64,000 nt of DNA from Strigamia acuminata (taxonomy: Eukaryota), in contig OX442314.1 in NCBI GenBank assembly GCA_949358305.1, positions 27,838,001 through 27,902,000 on the forward strand, given 5' to 3'. Positions 22,783 to 36,200 of this stretch are shown one piece after another. A program made the translations under genes and the position numbers. The first letter of the stretch is position 1, and every line of letters starts with the position of its first letter. The notes under the pieces were generated by a model, which saw only the letters and a list, made by a program, of their open reading frames with translations, did no database searches and was not told the DNA's origin.

Positions 22783-23514
22783 GTCTTTTTATCTTCAAAA
22801 TAAACAAAGATTGATGAATTAAACTATATAAACATGTAAGTAATTCAAGTACCCGATGACATTATTTAATGTGGAACAAAGAGTGAAGCGATGACCCTGT
22901 TGTTCAAAGCGAAGCCTCCTTCATTCAAACTGCGCATGAGCAGTAGGTCGCCATGTTGTAACCTTGAAAACAAGTTTTCTCAATACATGTTTCGACATAA
23001 CAACAATAACAATAAAAAATAAATAAATCTTATCTAAAATGAGAATTAATAAAACTTGTAATTAAAGATTGGTTAGAGGCAGAACGACTTCTATTATAAT
23101 TTTCACAAGAACAAAACATGAGTCACGCAGCCGATAATCCGATGTATAAATCTGTCGTCGAGTTAGGGTTTTGTAAGGTTTTGTAAATAAAATATAAATT
23201 CGTGTTTTAATGATTATTTAAATTGAAATAAATAAATACGAATAAAATAAATTTTCTGCTTCGGATTTCAGTCCAATATTCTCCGTAAATTCCAAACTCA
23301 TAAACAGCTCAACTTTCTCGCGTCTTTTGGCAATGATTCCATCAGATGCAATTCAATAAATCTTGGATCTGCTTAACACTTCCTCATTCCCAAGTTAGGA
23401 AGAAAATAATAGTGTCACCAACTTCATTGGATTTTGACTTGACGAGACTTTCCAGTTGTTTTGTTGACATCAGAAATCAGGGTGGAATTAACCGTTCAAT
23501 TACAGCTTATCAAT

Positions 23515-25069
23515 AGGGGGTTTCATTAATTAAGCAATTTTGTAATTTTGCAACTTTAGCAATTTTGCACTTTTGGATTTGTCACATGATATCAGTTCCA
23601 CCAATCATGTGCATAATTGCAAAAACACAAAACAGAAAAAATACACAATCACAAAATCAAAGGTAGTTTTGCTATTTTGGCAAAAATGGCAGCAGCCAAA
23701 CTCAATCCAAGTGGCCATCACAAATTGTGATTAATAATTAGTTTCAAAAACAATCTCATAATTTTGCAATTTTGCAATTATTTAAATAGTCACGTGACTT
23801 CCTATCCACCATATTAGGTTATAGTTATATCCAACCAATTTTAAAATGTGATGCAAAAAAACTAGTTCTTATTTGTGTGATGGAACAAAATATTTTTTAA
23901 TAAGGTGCATTTTAATAAATACTAGCTGTTCACCCACAAAGCCAAAGTCATAGATCAGACAAATGTATACAACCAAAAATAAAATAAATTTTTGCAAAAC
24001 TAAACCAAACCCATAATAATGCAACCCAAACCCAAACCACACCAAACCAAAACCAATGCCAATCTGGCCAATACCCAAACACAATCAAACCCAAAAGTTA
24101 ACCTAAACCCAACGTTAATCCAGCCAATTCAATTTTGGCCCAAACCACTGCAACCTGCTATTTTGTCCTCCTTTATTATTCAACCACTTTTTCCAACTTT
24201 TTCTTATAAATCAACCCAAAAAAGATCGTTTTTTCCAAAATTTAAAGTCAACGGTTATTCCGATCAAAAAGTTATCTGTACCATCGTTTTCAGCGGGATT
24301 TTCTTCTCTGGAAACCTGTTTTAAACATTTCATTCGGTTAATTTTACGAATTTTTGGTTTTGTCATGGTCGAATCTCGAATCCAAATTCTGCACCAAATT
24401 TCCAAATTTTCCCATTCGGTCCCCCGCTAAGATGGCCCGAATCGGCACTTTTCCTCGCCCGAATCAAAAAATAAAAAATACAGGCTTGTGCAGAATTGTC
24501 TCCTCTTCAAAATGAGCTTGGTTCCATAATTTTCCGAGCTTATCTTGACATAGAAAACAATAAAAAACGATACGCGACGAACATTTCCGCCTGAATTTCC
24601 ATTCGGGCACCCGCTAAAATCGCCCTGAATCGCCCTGAATCGGTACTTTTTTTTACCCGAATCGAAGTATTGAGTTTCCTAGCTGTTATACAGTCATGGA
24701 TGCATCAGCATTTTGATGATATACAAGGATACAAGTTGGCCACTTAGATAGAGCTTGGATGCCTCCATTTTGTTTTGAGTTTCACAAGCCTCAAAATCAC
24801 TTCTTATCAAAATCGCAAAAACTACCTTTTAGATGTTTTTGGGATTTTGTGTTTTCACTCTTTTGTGCTTTAGTGAATGTGAATGTGATTGGTAGAACAG
24901 ATATCACATGACAATACTCAAAAATCACAAAATTGTCCAGATCACACAATTGCAAAATTGACTGGGTTAATTCAATGTAAACTCATTTTTGGAGGCATCA
25001 AAAAATAATGATTTTGTGATTAATGCAAAATCACAAAATTGCAAAATCATTCATATAATGAAACCCCCT
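23515..25069. mobile_element. Non-autonomous TIR element (PIF/Harbinger-ISL2EU-like termini); copies at 46250-47805 and 39093-39905 (shorter)
   Basis: TIR AGGGGGTTTCATTA/TAATGAAACCCCCT. Near-identical dispersed copies. AAT and ATT 3-bp duplications at two of three copies; a TA reading is also possible. Confidence 0.8.
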
Positions 25070-25261
25070 ATTATACGTAGTGATTAAATACGCACGAAAC
25101 CACATTAGATTTCACAGAATCTTTGCAACAACTACTGTATTTGTTTACACGTGTCAAAAATTGTGCTTTTTTGCCGTTTTATTTTTATTCAGTATAATAA
25201 TACATCCAAAAATGGTGATGTAATGTAATGGTCGCCACATTAAATTATATATCATACAAAG

Positions 25262-25930
25262 TGTTGTATTAAAAACACCTCGCTACCGATATTCTTCACG
25301 ATCTCGAATGGTCCCGTGAATAACGTCTCGAACTTCTTGTTGCGCGGACCTTTTGAAAACAACACTCTGTCTCCCGCCTTAAGATCCGAAGATTTCCGAC
25401 GAAGATAGGCGACATTTATCGACTAAATGTGGAAACTGTTGAGAGCGCACAAACCGACGTGTGTCAGCAATCGACTGTGGTCGATGTGGGGCACAGCCAT
25501 CTGGGGCATTCGAAGAGCCGGTGCCACACGCCAAAACGGGAGCCGACTCAAGCGACGAGACCACAAGACCGACTGGTGGTGCGACCGAAAAGAGCGAGGT
25601 GCGTTGAAAGCGTAAAGTTCATCGTAGAGCCTGCCAAATGTAAGCAGTGGGTCGACGGGATTAGTGAAGTGGCGAGGGGACGAGTAAAACGAGCGGCTGT
25701 ACCCAATGCTGCAGAACCACAATGGACCTTCAAAACCAAGAAGAAACGACCAATCCGGCAATGCGACATGAGGAATGCGTTTCGGCACAGCGATTTGGCC
25801 GAGAAGATGTTTTGGGAGAAACAACCGGGATGCGAAGAGCGGGAAAAAGTGCAGCTGTTACATCTAGGAACCGACCGAATGGTGGCGGATATGCTGGCCA
25901 AAGCAATAACACTGAAAAAGCAGAGTTAGT
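25262..25930 (+). mobile_element. Degenerate Ty1/copia-like remnant at the duplication junction
   Basis: GHLGHSKSRC (zinc-knuckle-like) and VQLLHLGTDRMVADMLAKA (resembles the copia RNase H ADxLTK end) in ORF 25429-25929. Confidence 0.5.
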
Positions 25931-27244
25931 GATACAAAACGCGGTGGATTGAATAGATGTTGAAAATATGCGTTGTTTTGAAATTGATTTATTAATCTTT
26001 CCATTGAATTGTTTGTAAGTGTGTTTTATTTTGCATTTTTATTTTTACTTTATTTTAATTTATTTATTTTATTGTGCTATTTATTTAACTGCTTAAAATT
26101 TCGAGGTTTAATTAAAACTAGATTTAATTTGAGGTCAATCCAAATATTTTATTTTTTCACTTTCACAGCAGTATGAGGATATATGGATTTGACTAGTATA
26201 CGGTAAGTCACGAACCACTCATTACAATTCTCAGAAGTCTCATGAATTATTTAAAATACAGAGTAGTAATTACTTGTCAACTTTCTCAGAAAACCCATGA
26301 ATTATTTAAAATACAGAGTAGTAATTACTTGTCAACTTTCATAAAACATGAATATAGCTGCAATGCGGTGTTTTTGAGTGGATCGAGTGCCACGTTTTCA
26401 CCTGAGTGGACTTTAAAACCGTATGTATTTTTTCATGTCTATATTCAATTCATTATGAGCTTATGACAGAGATATTCAATCATATTCGAGTTTTGAGAAT
26501 CTGGATCAAATCATAGTAAAAAAAAAGCACTGGATTTGCAAAATAACATTCAAATTTATGTGAATCCCACTCTCTCAATACTATCAATAGTCAGTATTTC
26601 AACAAGAATGTAATTATCACACGGTTTTAAGTTCTGTTTTTTTTTTTAATGAAAGACGTCAGTTGCATTATTTTCGGATTGCTGTGACAACCAAAGCTAC
26701 GACGTTTATCCGAATGCACAGTAACGTGTTAAAAAGGTTCCTGTATAAACCCATCAGAACCAGCGGTGTAGCATGGGTTGCCATCAAGCAGAGCAAAACT
26801 AGTATTGTGCTCCCCTACCCAGGTAGTATTCCCTTCCACGGTTAGATTTGTATTATTTACCTATCAAAAGGTAAAATCGTCACACTCACTCAAAAACAAC
26901 CATGATAAATCATACTTTTGAAATATCAATATTTAATTACAATGTTATGACTTTAGTTCCTCTTTTACTGTTGCTCACAAATTGAAAGCAAACATTATTT
27001 TTGAAAATTACATTTCTATATTTTGGTATAAAATTTTTTTTTCATGGAAAATTCAGTTGGAAACAAATTAATTTTTGAAGTTTTACAACCATACACATTT
27101 ATGGGAAAAACAAATTAAATTAAATACAAATTTTAATCCAAAAGGACAAGTTTATTAATTTTTGTTGATCATTTATGTACCATCGATTGTTAAACTACAT
27201 ACAAGTTACGTACTTTTATCTTTTAAACTTGATTTGTAGACAAA

Positions 27245-30200
27245 ATGCCCGCTCCTAGAGCATTGCGCATCCGCCGGTTCCGTGTCCGTACTCGCCAATT
27301 TGTGCGACAAGAATTGCAAACTTCACTGTCGGGCAAAGATAGTTTGAAATATATAAACAAGGTTGTCAAGAACACTGGAATAGTTCGTGCAGTTTGGTTG
27401 GTTGGTTGGTTGGTTTGTTTCGGCATTTGCGGTTATCAAACATGGGAAAGATTACAATTCTACATTTCTGGACCCTTCAAAGTTGAAATTGATTTTGTTC
27501 CAATACAAGAAAGTAGATTCTCTGAAATTAGATTCATGGCCCTTGATACTCCTCTGATGTCGGAGTACTGGGACAAAATACCAGAAGGTAATTCACTTGA
27601 TGATGTAAAAGAGAGAATGATAGCTTGCAAGGCCCCAGTGAGAGGAATCATTTTGAAGAAAGTCAAAGTTAAAAATTACACACACTTGTGGGAACATTCC
27701 AACATTTCAGAAAATATGCAGCACTTTAAGTTCAGACAGGTAAGTAACCTTGGATAAATAAAAGAGCTGTATTAAAAAATATTTTTGCCAGTATTTTGCT
27801 AATAACTACTTTTTCAGGGCAAAACTGTATTACTTGAGACCAAGACGAGAAGTGGCAATTACACAAACCAAGAGTCAACAGTTGAATTAAAATATAAGAA
27901 TTCTGTTTTCGGCAGTACACTGATTGTGAAAACAGGTAAAATTCATATAATCATATTTTACATTTATTATACAGGGTGGAACAAAAGTCTGTTCCCCTCG
28001 AATATTTCCTGAGCAATTGCATCTAGGCCAACTTTGATGAAGCGATCATATAGGAAGTTGGGTGAGAGCAATCCAATGATGGCGTCAAATTTGACCTTGG
28101 AGGCCATTTTCAAGGTTATTCACTTGCTAACTTCTAAACCAATCAGGTTAGAGCAAAAAAGTCAATTACAAAGTTGAAGAGCACCATTTGTTTAGTCAAT
28201 ATCCACTTTTAAATCTTATTGTTACCTTTTCTTATCTTGTGAAAAAAGTGAAAACATAAATTTCAAAACTTCCTCAGTTACTAGAAAAAAATCAAATCAA
28301 ATCAAATTGAAGTTTTCTTTAACTTCTGTATTAGAATAATGAGGATAAGGAAAGGATAATTAGTCCAGTATTTGCTCAATGTGCCGACCACCAGCACCAA
28401 GACACAATTCTGCTCGGTTTTGTGTAGATTTGTACACTGCATCGATTGTTTGTGGTGTGATTCCAGCACATGCTGCTGTTATTCGATCTTTGATTTCATC
28501 TATAAATGCTGGCTGAGTTTTGTAGACAACATCTTTTACATGACCCCAAAGAAAGAAGTCTAATGGTGTTAGGTCAGGAGATCTTGGTGGCCATGCTATT
28601 GGCCCTCCTCGTCCAATCCAATGAACTCCAAATAAGGCATTTAAATGCTGACGAGAAGCAAGTGCGAAATGTGGAGGGGCACCGTCATGTTGATACCACA
28701 TTTGACGTGCCGAGGCCAGTGGTAAGTTGTCAACATACTCCTCAACTGTATTTGTCAAGATGAGATCACAATAACGCTGGCCTGTTAAAGTGCCATTGAA
28801 GAACACAGGACCAATGATTTCTTTGTTGTAGATTCCACACCACACATTACAGCGCCAATTTACTTGGTGTGCTACTTGGCGTAACCATCTAGGATTTTCT
28901 GAAGCCCAATAATGGAGATTGTGTCTGTTGACAGTTCCATTGCGTGAGAATTGGGCCTCGTCTGACCACAAGACTTTTTGAGGAAACAGTTCATCATTAT
29001 CAGTTTGGGTTAGGAACCAGTCACAATACTCTGCTCGAGTATTGAAATCAGTTCCATGAAGTTCTTGGTGGCAGTGTAAATGGTATGGATGGAAATGATT
29101 GGTGTGCAGTACTCTTAACACAGATGTATGGGCACAACCAACATCATTAGCAATTGCTCTGCTGCTGAGATGTGGGTTTGCTCCTACTGCTGCCAGAATT
29201 GTTGTGCTCATGTCATCATTTGTCACTGTTCTTGGCCGACCTTGTCGAGGACGTGACTGTACACTTCCCGTTTCCCGGAATCTCTGAACAATTGATCGAA
29301 GTGTTCGTGGTACTGGATGACGTCGATTTGGATATTTTGCACTGTACAACCTAGTTGCGGCTGCACCATCTTCATTTGCTGCACCATAGCAGAACATCAT
29401 GTCTACCATTTCTTGGTTTGTGTATTCTGACATAATGTCTGAAATTTGGATCTGGAAATTTTTTGAGTTTTTCTGGGAAATGAACGTGAGAACTTTGTAC
29501 TGAAAAGCAAGCACTTATTAGGATCAGCTTGTAATGAATCGCGTTTCTAAGATTAAATTAGACACGTTTTGAAATGCAGTATCTCAGGAGCCTGGTTTGA
29601 GTACCTGCCCGGCAGTCAATGTACACCGGAAGTTGGTGGCATACACTCCAAATACCTCTAGTCTTTACACAATTTTATTTTTTACCGGGCCTTACCAAGC
29701 CTTAAAAATGGAGACAGAAATGTTGAAACCAAAGAAATTTGGAAATTGACGCGTACTGACCAAGCAAATGCAAGGCAGCACGCCCGAAAAGAAACTAGAC
29801 ACGGAAATAATGGCTACATAAATCTTGCCCTATTCTGAGGCACACGTCACGTTGCTAAAATAAACAAAGGGAAAAAACAAAGGAATTCAAATGGAATAAA
29901 AACGAACGAAATGCGTATTCAAATGTGGTGAAAATGGAAAAAACTCAGTGGTCAGGAAATTGGTCCACACTGAGCAATGGGAAAGCAAAATATCAGCTCC
30001 CAAGTGAATTATGCAGGCTTGTGAGAATACCGGCTAGTTAAAGCTCTTACACATTCAAAGCTCAAAGCACAACTGACTTGAAAAAGGAAAAAGAGGTGAG
30101 AGCTAAACTTGGTCCAGAATAGACTGGGCCAAGCTTAACCAATCACGGAAAGGTCAGGAAACCAATCAAATGCATCGGTGCATACCAAATGGGTATGACT

Positions 30201-33200
30201 CATGACGATGCATTGAAGGTTTAGAAATATGCAAAACAAAACATAGAGAAAAGAAAGTAAACCAGGAAAGAAAGGTCGAAATTGAAACAAAATAAGAAAA
30301 AGTTAAGAGAAACTAACATAACAAACTTCAACACAAAATAAGGTAGGACTAGGAATTAGGTTTAATGAACGAACAAAACAAACAATGCACGAATTATGCC
30401 AACAAAACAATTGGAAACACAGGGGAAAAAGCGCGTAGAACTCGTGCGCGTATCCCTGGACCGTGACAAGCTGAACTGACAGTTAAGTTTTTATGTTCAG
30501 TTAACATGCTTAGTTTCTGATTTTTTTTGTCACATTTTTTTTTGAGTTTTGAAATTTATATTTTCACTTTTTTCACATGATAAGATAAGGTAACAATAAG
30601 ATTTAAAAGTGGATATTGACTAAACAAATGGTGCTCTTCAACTTTGTAATTGACTTTTTTGCTCTAACCTGATTGGTTTGGAAGTTAGCAAGTGAATAAC
30701 CTTGAAAATGGCCTTCAAGGTCAAATTTGACGCCATCATTGGATTGCTCTCACTCAACTTCCTATATGATCGCTTCATCAAAGTTGGCCTAGATGCAATT
30801 GCTCAGGAAATATTTGAGGGGAACAGACTTTTGTTCCACCCTGTATAATCTTTTTGGCTGTATTTTTTTTATTTTTTTATTTTTTTAAGATTTACTACCG
30901 GTTCAAAAGAGAAAATTGCATATCCTTTTTAAAAAAAATGGAACCTGTGACGAACCAGCGGTTGCAGTCAGTTCACTTTGCCAAATTGGGGATTCGTAAC
31001 ATGTGCAATATTCTTACGCGCGATAATACCAATCACACCTAAGAATGGTGTTGCATAGTGCAAACATTCGTACCTGCGACGCGTACAAATTACGTAGGCA
31101 TGTGTGTGCGCAATTAACGGGCGTACAAATCGGCCGAAAATGTCGGTGCCGACTCCAAGTCGCTTTGCTTGCGATGTTGGCACTGACTTCTACCAATCAT
31201 GCACTGACCGCTCCACACTGCGGGGCGTGACGGCATTCCCCATACCCCTAGACAACACATATTAAAGGCCAGCAACCAATAATAGGGAGTCTTTGTCATT
31301 TATTCGTGAGTATGCGTTCCACACCAGGATGACCAGTCCTCGGGTTACCTTGGCGAAGACCATACCAGTCACAATACTTATGATGTGCACATGTGCGACG
31401 TCGCGCATGAAAACACTTACAAAACTTGTCGTCGCGGTGTATGCATGCAAACATTATCGCAACGTCGCAAGTAAGAATATCGCATGTATGATAGAGGCCC
31501 GTCAAATTGTTTCTCCTTCAAGAGGGTGGCATATTTCGTTCAATCCTGATCATATAAATTGTTCACACTAACCTGATTTAGCGTGGCTATCCGAATATTG
31601 CACAATTGCGGCCATACAAATTGTTCATTGCACTTCCACCGTTTAATACTAGGTATCTCTGAAGGATGGTGTCATGCCCTATCGTTACACTTTACCAGTG
31701 CAGATGGGAATTGAAACTGAATATCAATTTATTTTGCGCAAAGTGAGTTAATTGCTTGTTTCTTTAGTTCTTGCAATTTATTCAATGATGCAGCAAGATT
31801 ACAGATATCTTGTGACAGTTATTAATGTCGATACATTTAACAAAAATAGTGATATGGTATTTCTTTTCTGCAAGTATCAATTTTTGCCTTCAAGAAACCC
31901 CTACTGTGAACCCAGCCTGATAAAGCAAACCCAATGTTATGAAAACTGTGTGTCAAAACAAACTCTAAAAAAACATCCACAGTGCTGGTCTGTAAACTTA
32001 GTACACTGAAACAATTGATAATGCTGATACTGTAGATTGTTTCCTTAGGTTGCCTTACATGGCTGACAAAAATCTGCCAGACTGCAGTTTAGAAGCAAAC
32101 AAATCAATTGTGTTGAAAGTGTATGACGACTCCTACCATCCCGAAATATCCACACTGGCAACAATTGAATGTGGTTGCCTAAGACCTTGTCAAACGAGTG
32201 CTTATATCCTAATAGTCAAGACCGATACTAGTTAAGTCAAACGATATCATTTTTAGGTGTAATTATAACAAAATTATTCAATTTTCACTGTTAGATTTTG
32301 AAGATGAACCCAGTAGTAAAGATTTAGCAAGTTTAAATCTTAAAGTGATGGAAGAAACATTTGTCAGAATGACAGAAATCTACATTTACAAAACTTCTAA
32401 TTTGGTCATCGATTTTGGCGGTAATCTAGGATTTTCTTTGGGATATTCGCTCCTCTCTATAATCGAAATTGTACAATTTGTTTCGCTTTTGTGCTACAAT
32501 AAGTATATTAGACCTATTCGACTACAAACTTACATTAAAACAAAAGTCATTTATCAAATTAAAATGTCAAATTTGAAGAAAAAGGCAAAGAAGACTTTGC
32601 CTCAAACCTCGCCCATGCTACAACGCACGTTTTTCATTCTCATTTTGATTTGTGCTTTCTTAGCAGTTTATGTGAGCAAAGAAAGAATTACATTATATCT
32701 GAGTGAACCAACAAGATATGTGGTAAATATTCAAGAAAATGACACATTATATATGCCCAACATTATTGCATGTATGGATGGACCCTTAACAACACGCTAC
32801 AGGAACCAATATGCCAAAATTACAGGCATTCCAGAATGCAAAGTTCACTTTGTTGATTTAATGAATACAACTATCAGAGAGAAAAAGCCATCAATGGAAG
32901 ATGTATGGCGCTTTCAAACACCTATTATGGATAAGATCACCATGGAATTAGCTGCAAGTGTAAGTGTTTGGTCTGATGTCCAAAAGTGTAAAAGAACAGT
33001 AATCGTTGTCTTTATGTTTCATCTGTGGGATGGGATGACATTAAATCCTGGTTCTTAACCTTTGTAGCAGTTGGCAACCCTTGACTTTTGCAGTCTCTGC
33101 TCACAGCTCACCAAAGGAAACTAACAAGGGAACCAGATGAATAAGTCATTTTAGATTTTGGCCAAATTTTGGCCAAATGATGTCTAAAATGAGCTTAATA

Positions 33201-36200
33201 ATTGCCTAAATTTTTAAATCTCTATGGTCAGCTGATTAACCATGGTAATTATCCCAAATCTGTACTCTTTTTGGGCTCTAGTAGACATTTTGAGTGAAAA
33301 GGCTGTGTGTAGGGATATGGTAAACAACTGGTTGCTGAGCAACAACTCCAGGAAAATAGTTCTGGAGCATTAATCCAGAACTATTTTTTCTGGAGTTGTT
33401 TTCTGGTCACATGGTCACATTCAGGAATTTTATGACTGTCTTCATGAAGACAATAATAGTTTGTAGTTCTGGTCCAGTGGTTAAAGCAATGGACTAGGAA
33501 TCTTTCCACACAGGTTCAAATCCTGCTGTCTGTGAAAATTTTTTCTGTTATTTTTTAATTTTTTTAGCAGTAATTTTAATGTTTGTAATTTTATGTTTGT
33601 TTTTAGAAAACTTTAATTAATTAATTTAATTTTTTAACAAACATAAAATTACAAACATTAAAATTACTGCTAAAAAAATTAAAAAATAAAAGTAAAAATT
33701 TTCACAGACAGCAGGATTTGAACCTGTGTGGAAAGATTCTTAGTGTATTGCCTTAACCACTGGACCACAACTACAAACTATTATTGTCTTCATGAAGACA
33801 GTCATAAAATTCCTGAATGTGACCATGTGACCAGAAAACAACTCCAGAAAAAATAGTTCTGGATTAATGCTCCAGAACTATTTTCCTGGAGTTGTTGCTC
33901 AGCAACCAGTTGTTTACCATATCCCTACACACAGCCTTTTCACTCAAAATGTCTACTAGAGCCCAAAAAGAGTACAGATTTGGGATAATTATCATGGTTA
34001 ATCAGCTGACCATGGATATTTAAAAATTTAGGCAATTATTAAGCTCACTTTAGACATCATTTGGCCAAAATTTGGCTTTGTACCCCTAGAATATCTATCT
34101 TGCACCCCCAGGTGGTTGTAACGATTCTACTTTTTTTCCGTCAAGAATGGTTGTTTTCCGTCAAAAATGGCCGTTTTTGATCAAGAATGGCCATTTATCG
34201 TCAAAAATAGCCTTTTTTGTCAAAAATAGCCTTTTTTGTCAAAAATAGCCTTTTTTGTCAAAAATAGCCTTTTTTGTCAAAAATAGCCTTTTTTGTCAAA
34301 AATAGCCTTTTTTGTCAAAAATAGCCTTTTTTGTCAAAAATAGCCTTTTTTGTCAAAAATAGCCTTTTATGTCAAAAATAGCCTTTTTTGTCAAAAATAG
34401 CCTTTTTTGTCAAAAATAGCCTTTTTTGTCAAAAATAGCCTTTTTTGTCAAAAGTAGCCTTTTTTGTCAAAAGTAGCCTTTTTTGTCAAAAATAGCCTTT
34501 TTTGTCAAAAATAGCCTTTTTTGTCAAAAATAGCCTTTTTTGTCAACAATAGCCTTTTTTGTCAAAAATAGCCTTTTTTGTCAAAAATAGCCTTTTTTGT
34601 CAAAAATAGCCTTTTTTGTCAAAAATAGCCTTTTTTGTCGAAAATAGCCTTTTTTTTGTCAAAAATAGCCTTTTTTTGTCAAAAATAGCCTTTTTTGTGA
34701 AAATTAGCCTTTTTTGTCAAAAATAGCCTTTTTTGTCAAAAATAGCCTTTTTCGTCAAAAATGGCTGTTTTTAGCCATTTTTTGTCAAAATTGGTTATTC
34801 TAGCCATTTTTAGTTAAAAATGGCCATTTTCATCATTGAAACGTTACAAAATGTAACGTTTCAATGACAAAAATGACGTTTCAGCAACGAATTTTTGACG
34901 GAACCGGTTTTTCTCCAATTGCCCGGTTTTCGGTACCATGATTTCTCACCGGGATTCCCGGGAAATCGGTAGCCCGGTTTCCCAGTATCGAAACCCTAAT
35001 GTGGAGAATCCTCCGCATTTACCGAGATTTATACCATTGATTATTCAATCGTTGGAATCGTGATTTGAACAATACTAAACTACAAAAATATAACAAATAA
35101 ATGTTAGATATTAATATTTTTGGTGGGTTCAGTCATGATGGTTTTAAGGCCATCGCGGGAGATTATTAAACCTCCATCCGCCACATAATCATAACAACTA
35201 AGAGCCATGACGGTCGTAGAATCATGAATGATCCATGGCCGGGATTTATTTTCCAGGTGTTCCTTCCCGCATGATAACACTTTATAAATACAACAGCAAT
35301 TCAATTACTCGGGCGAGCTATTGCCGGAACACACGATAACAAGTCATCACCTTTATAGTTAAGCTACTGAGGGGGCCTAATGCTTTTGAATAGAGATCAC
35401 AAAGACACAAACTAAACAGAAAAAGCCGCAGTTCCGGTGTTAACCGGAGTTTATATAGTTCTTGAGAACAATAGGATTAGAGGTGACTAATTGGGTACCA
35501 GAATCTAGAGATTCGGGGGTCCATTCTAAAGATAGGACCAAATCTCGAAGAGTCCAATTGGCTCTCTTCACATTGATATTGATTCATTTGTATCAATATT
35601 TTACTAAATAATACCTTATTTAGGTTAATACATATCGTATATTTATTCGTTTAATTATAACATTCATTATAATTCTGGTTTCAATGTTTAAACAGTGCGC
35701 GTTCGATTGAGCAGCGCCATCTAGCGTAAACTTTCACATTACACAAAGGGGAATCAGAAAAGAAATTTAAGTACTTAACTGGTTAAGTACTGAAGTGTGG
35801 AAATGCAACTGAGCATGCCCAGAAAATTTTTTAAAGTTTGTTTTTACACACTAACTTAAAACACAGGCTGCTAAACACTTAAAGTTATCAGTTACACTGC
35901 TTGAAAATTAATATTTACAAATTGTAAAATTCTTGTAAACATATTGTAAACATCAACTTTACATACGTTTAACTGCGTTTACAATGATTGTTAAATACGG
36001 AATTTAACAAGGATTTATCATCTTGTAAACAGACACTTTACAAACAGATTTTACTGCATATTTACAACAAGTTTAATTAAGTTTGTCATGATATTTACAG
36101 TAAATTTAAATTGGATTTACAGTACATTTGCTAATGAATTCCAGAAAATTTCTGTAAATTTACACAAACATTCCAAGAAATTTAAGTGAACTTTTTAACC

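Larger units (their letters stand above)
9294..25267 (+). repeat. Segmental tandem duplication unit 1 (ENaC + BTB block)
   Basis: Colinear high similarity with 27879-60835 once TE insertions are removed. Similarity ends at catacaaagtgttgt (25267 vs 60835). Confidence 0.9.
33160..34076. mobile_element. Foldback element, ~450-bp near-perfect inverted arms, absent from unit 1
   Basis: Arms are reverse complements around ~33620. Unit 1 lacks it at ~11680-11735. Confidence 0.85.

Noticed and set aside
26160..27240. A third N-terminal ENaC domain making a covalent trimer
   Set aside because: An acceptor precedes the ATG at 27245, but no ENaC-like coding sequence is visible upstream; probably a 5' UTR intron. 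5'RACE would settle it.
33463..33774. Functional tRNA genes
   Set aside because: Acceptor and anticodon stems are mispaired, the variable arm is shortened, and the arms differ at the anticodon.
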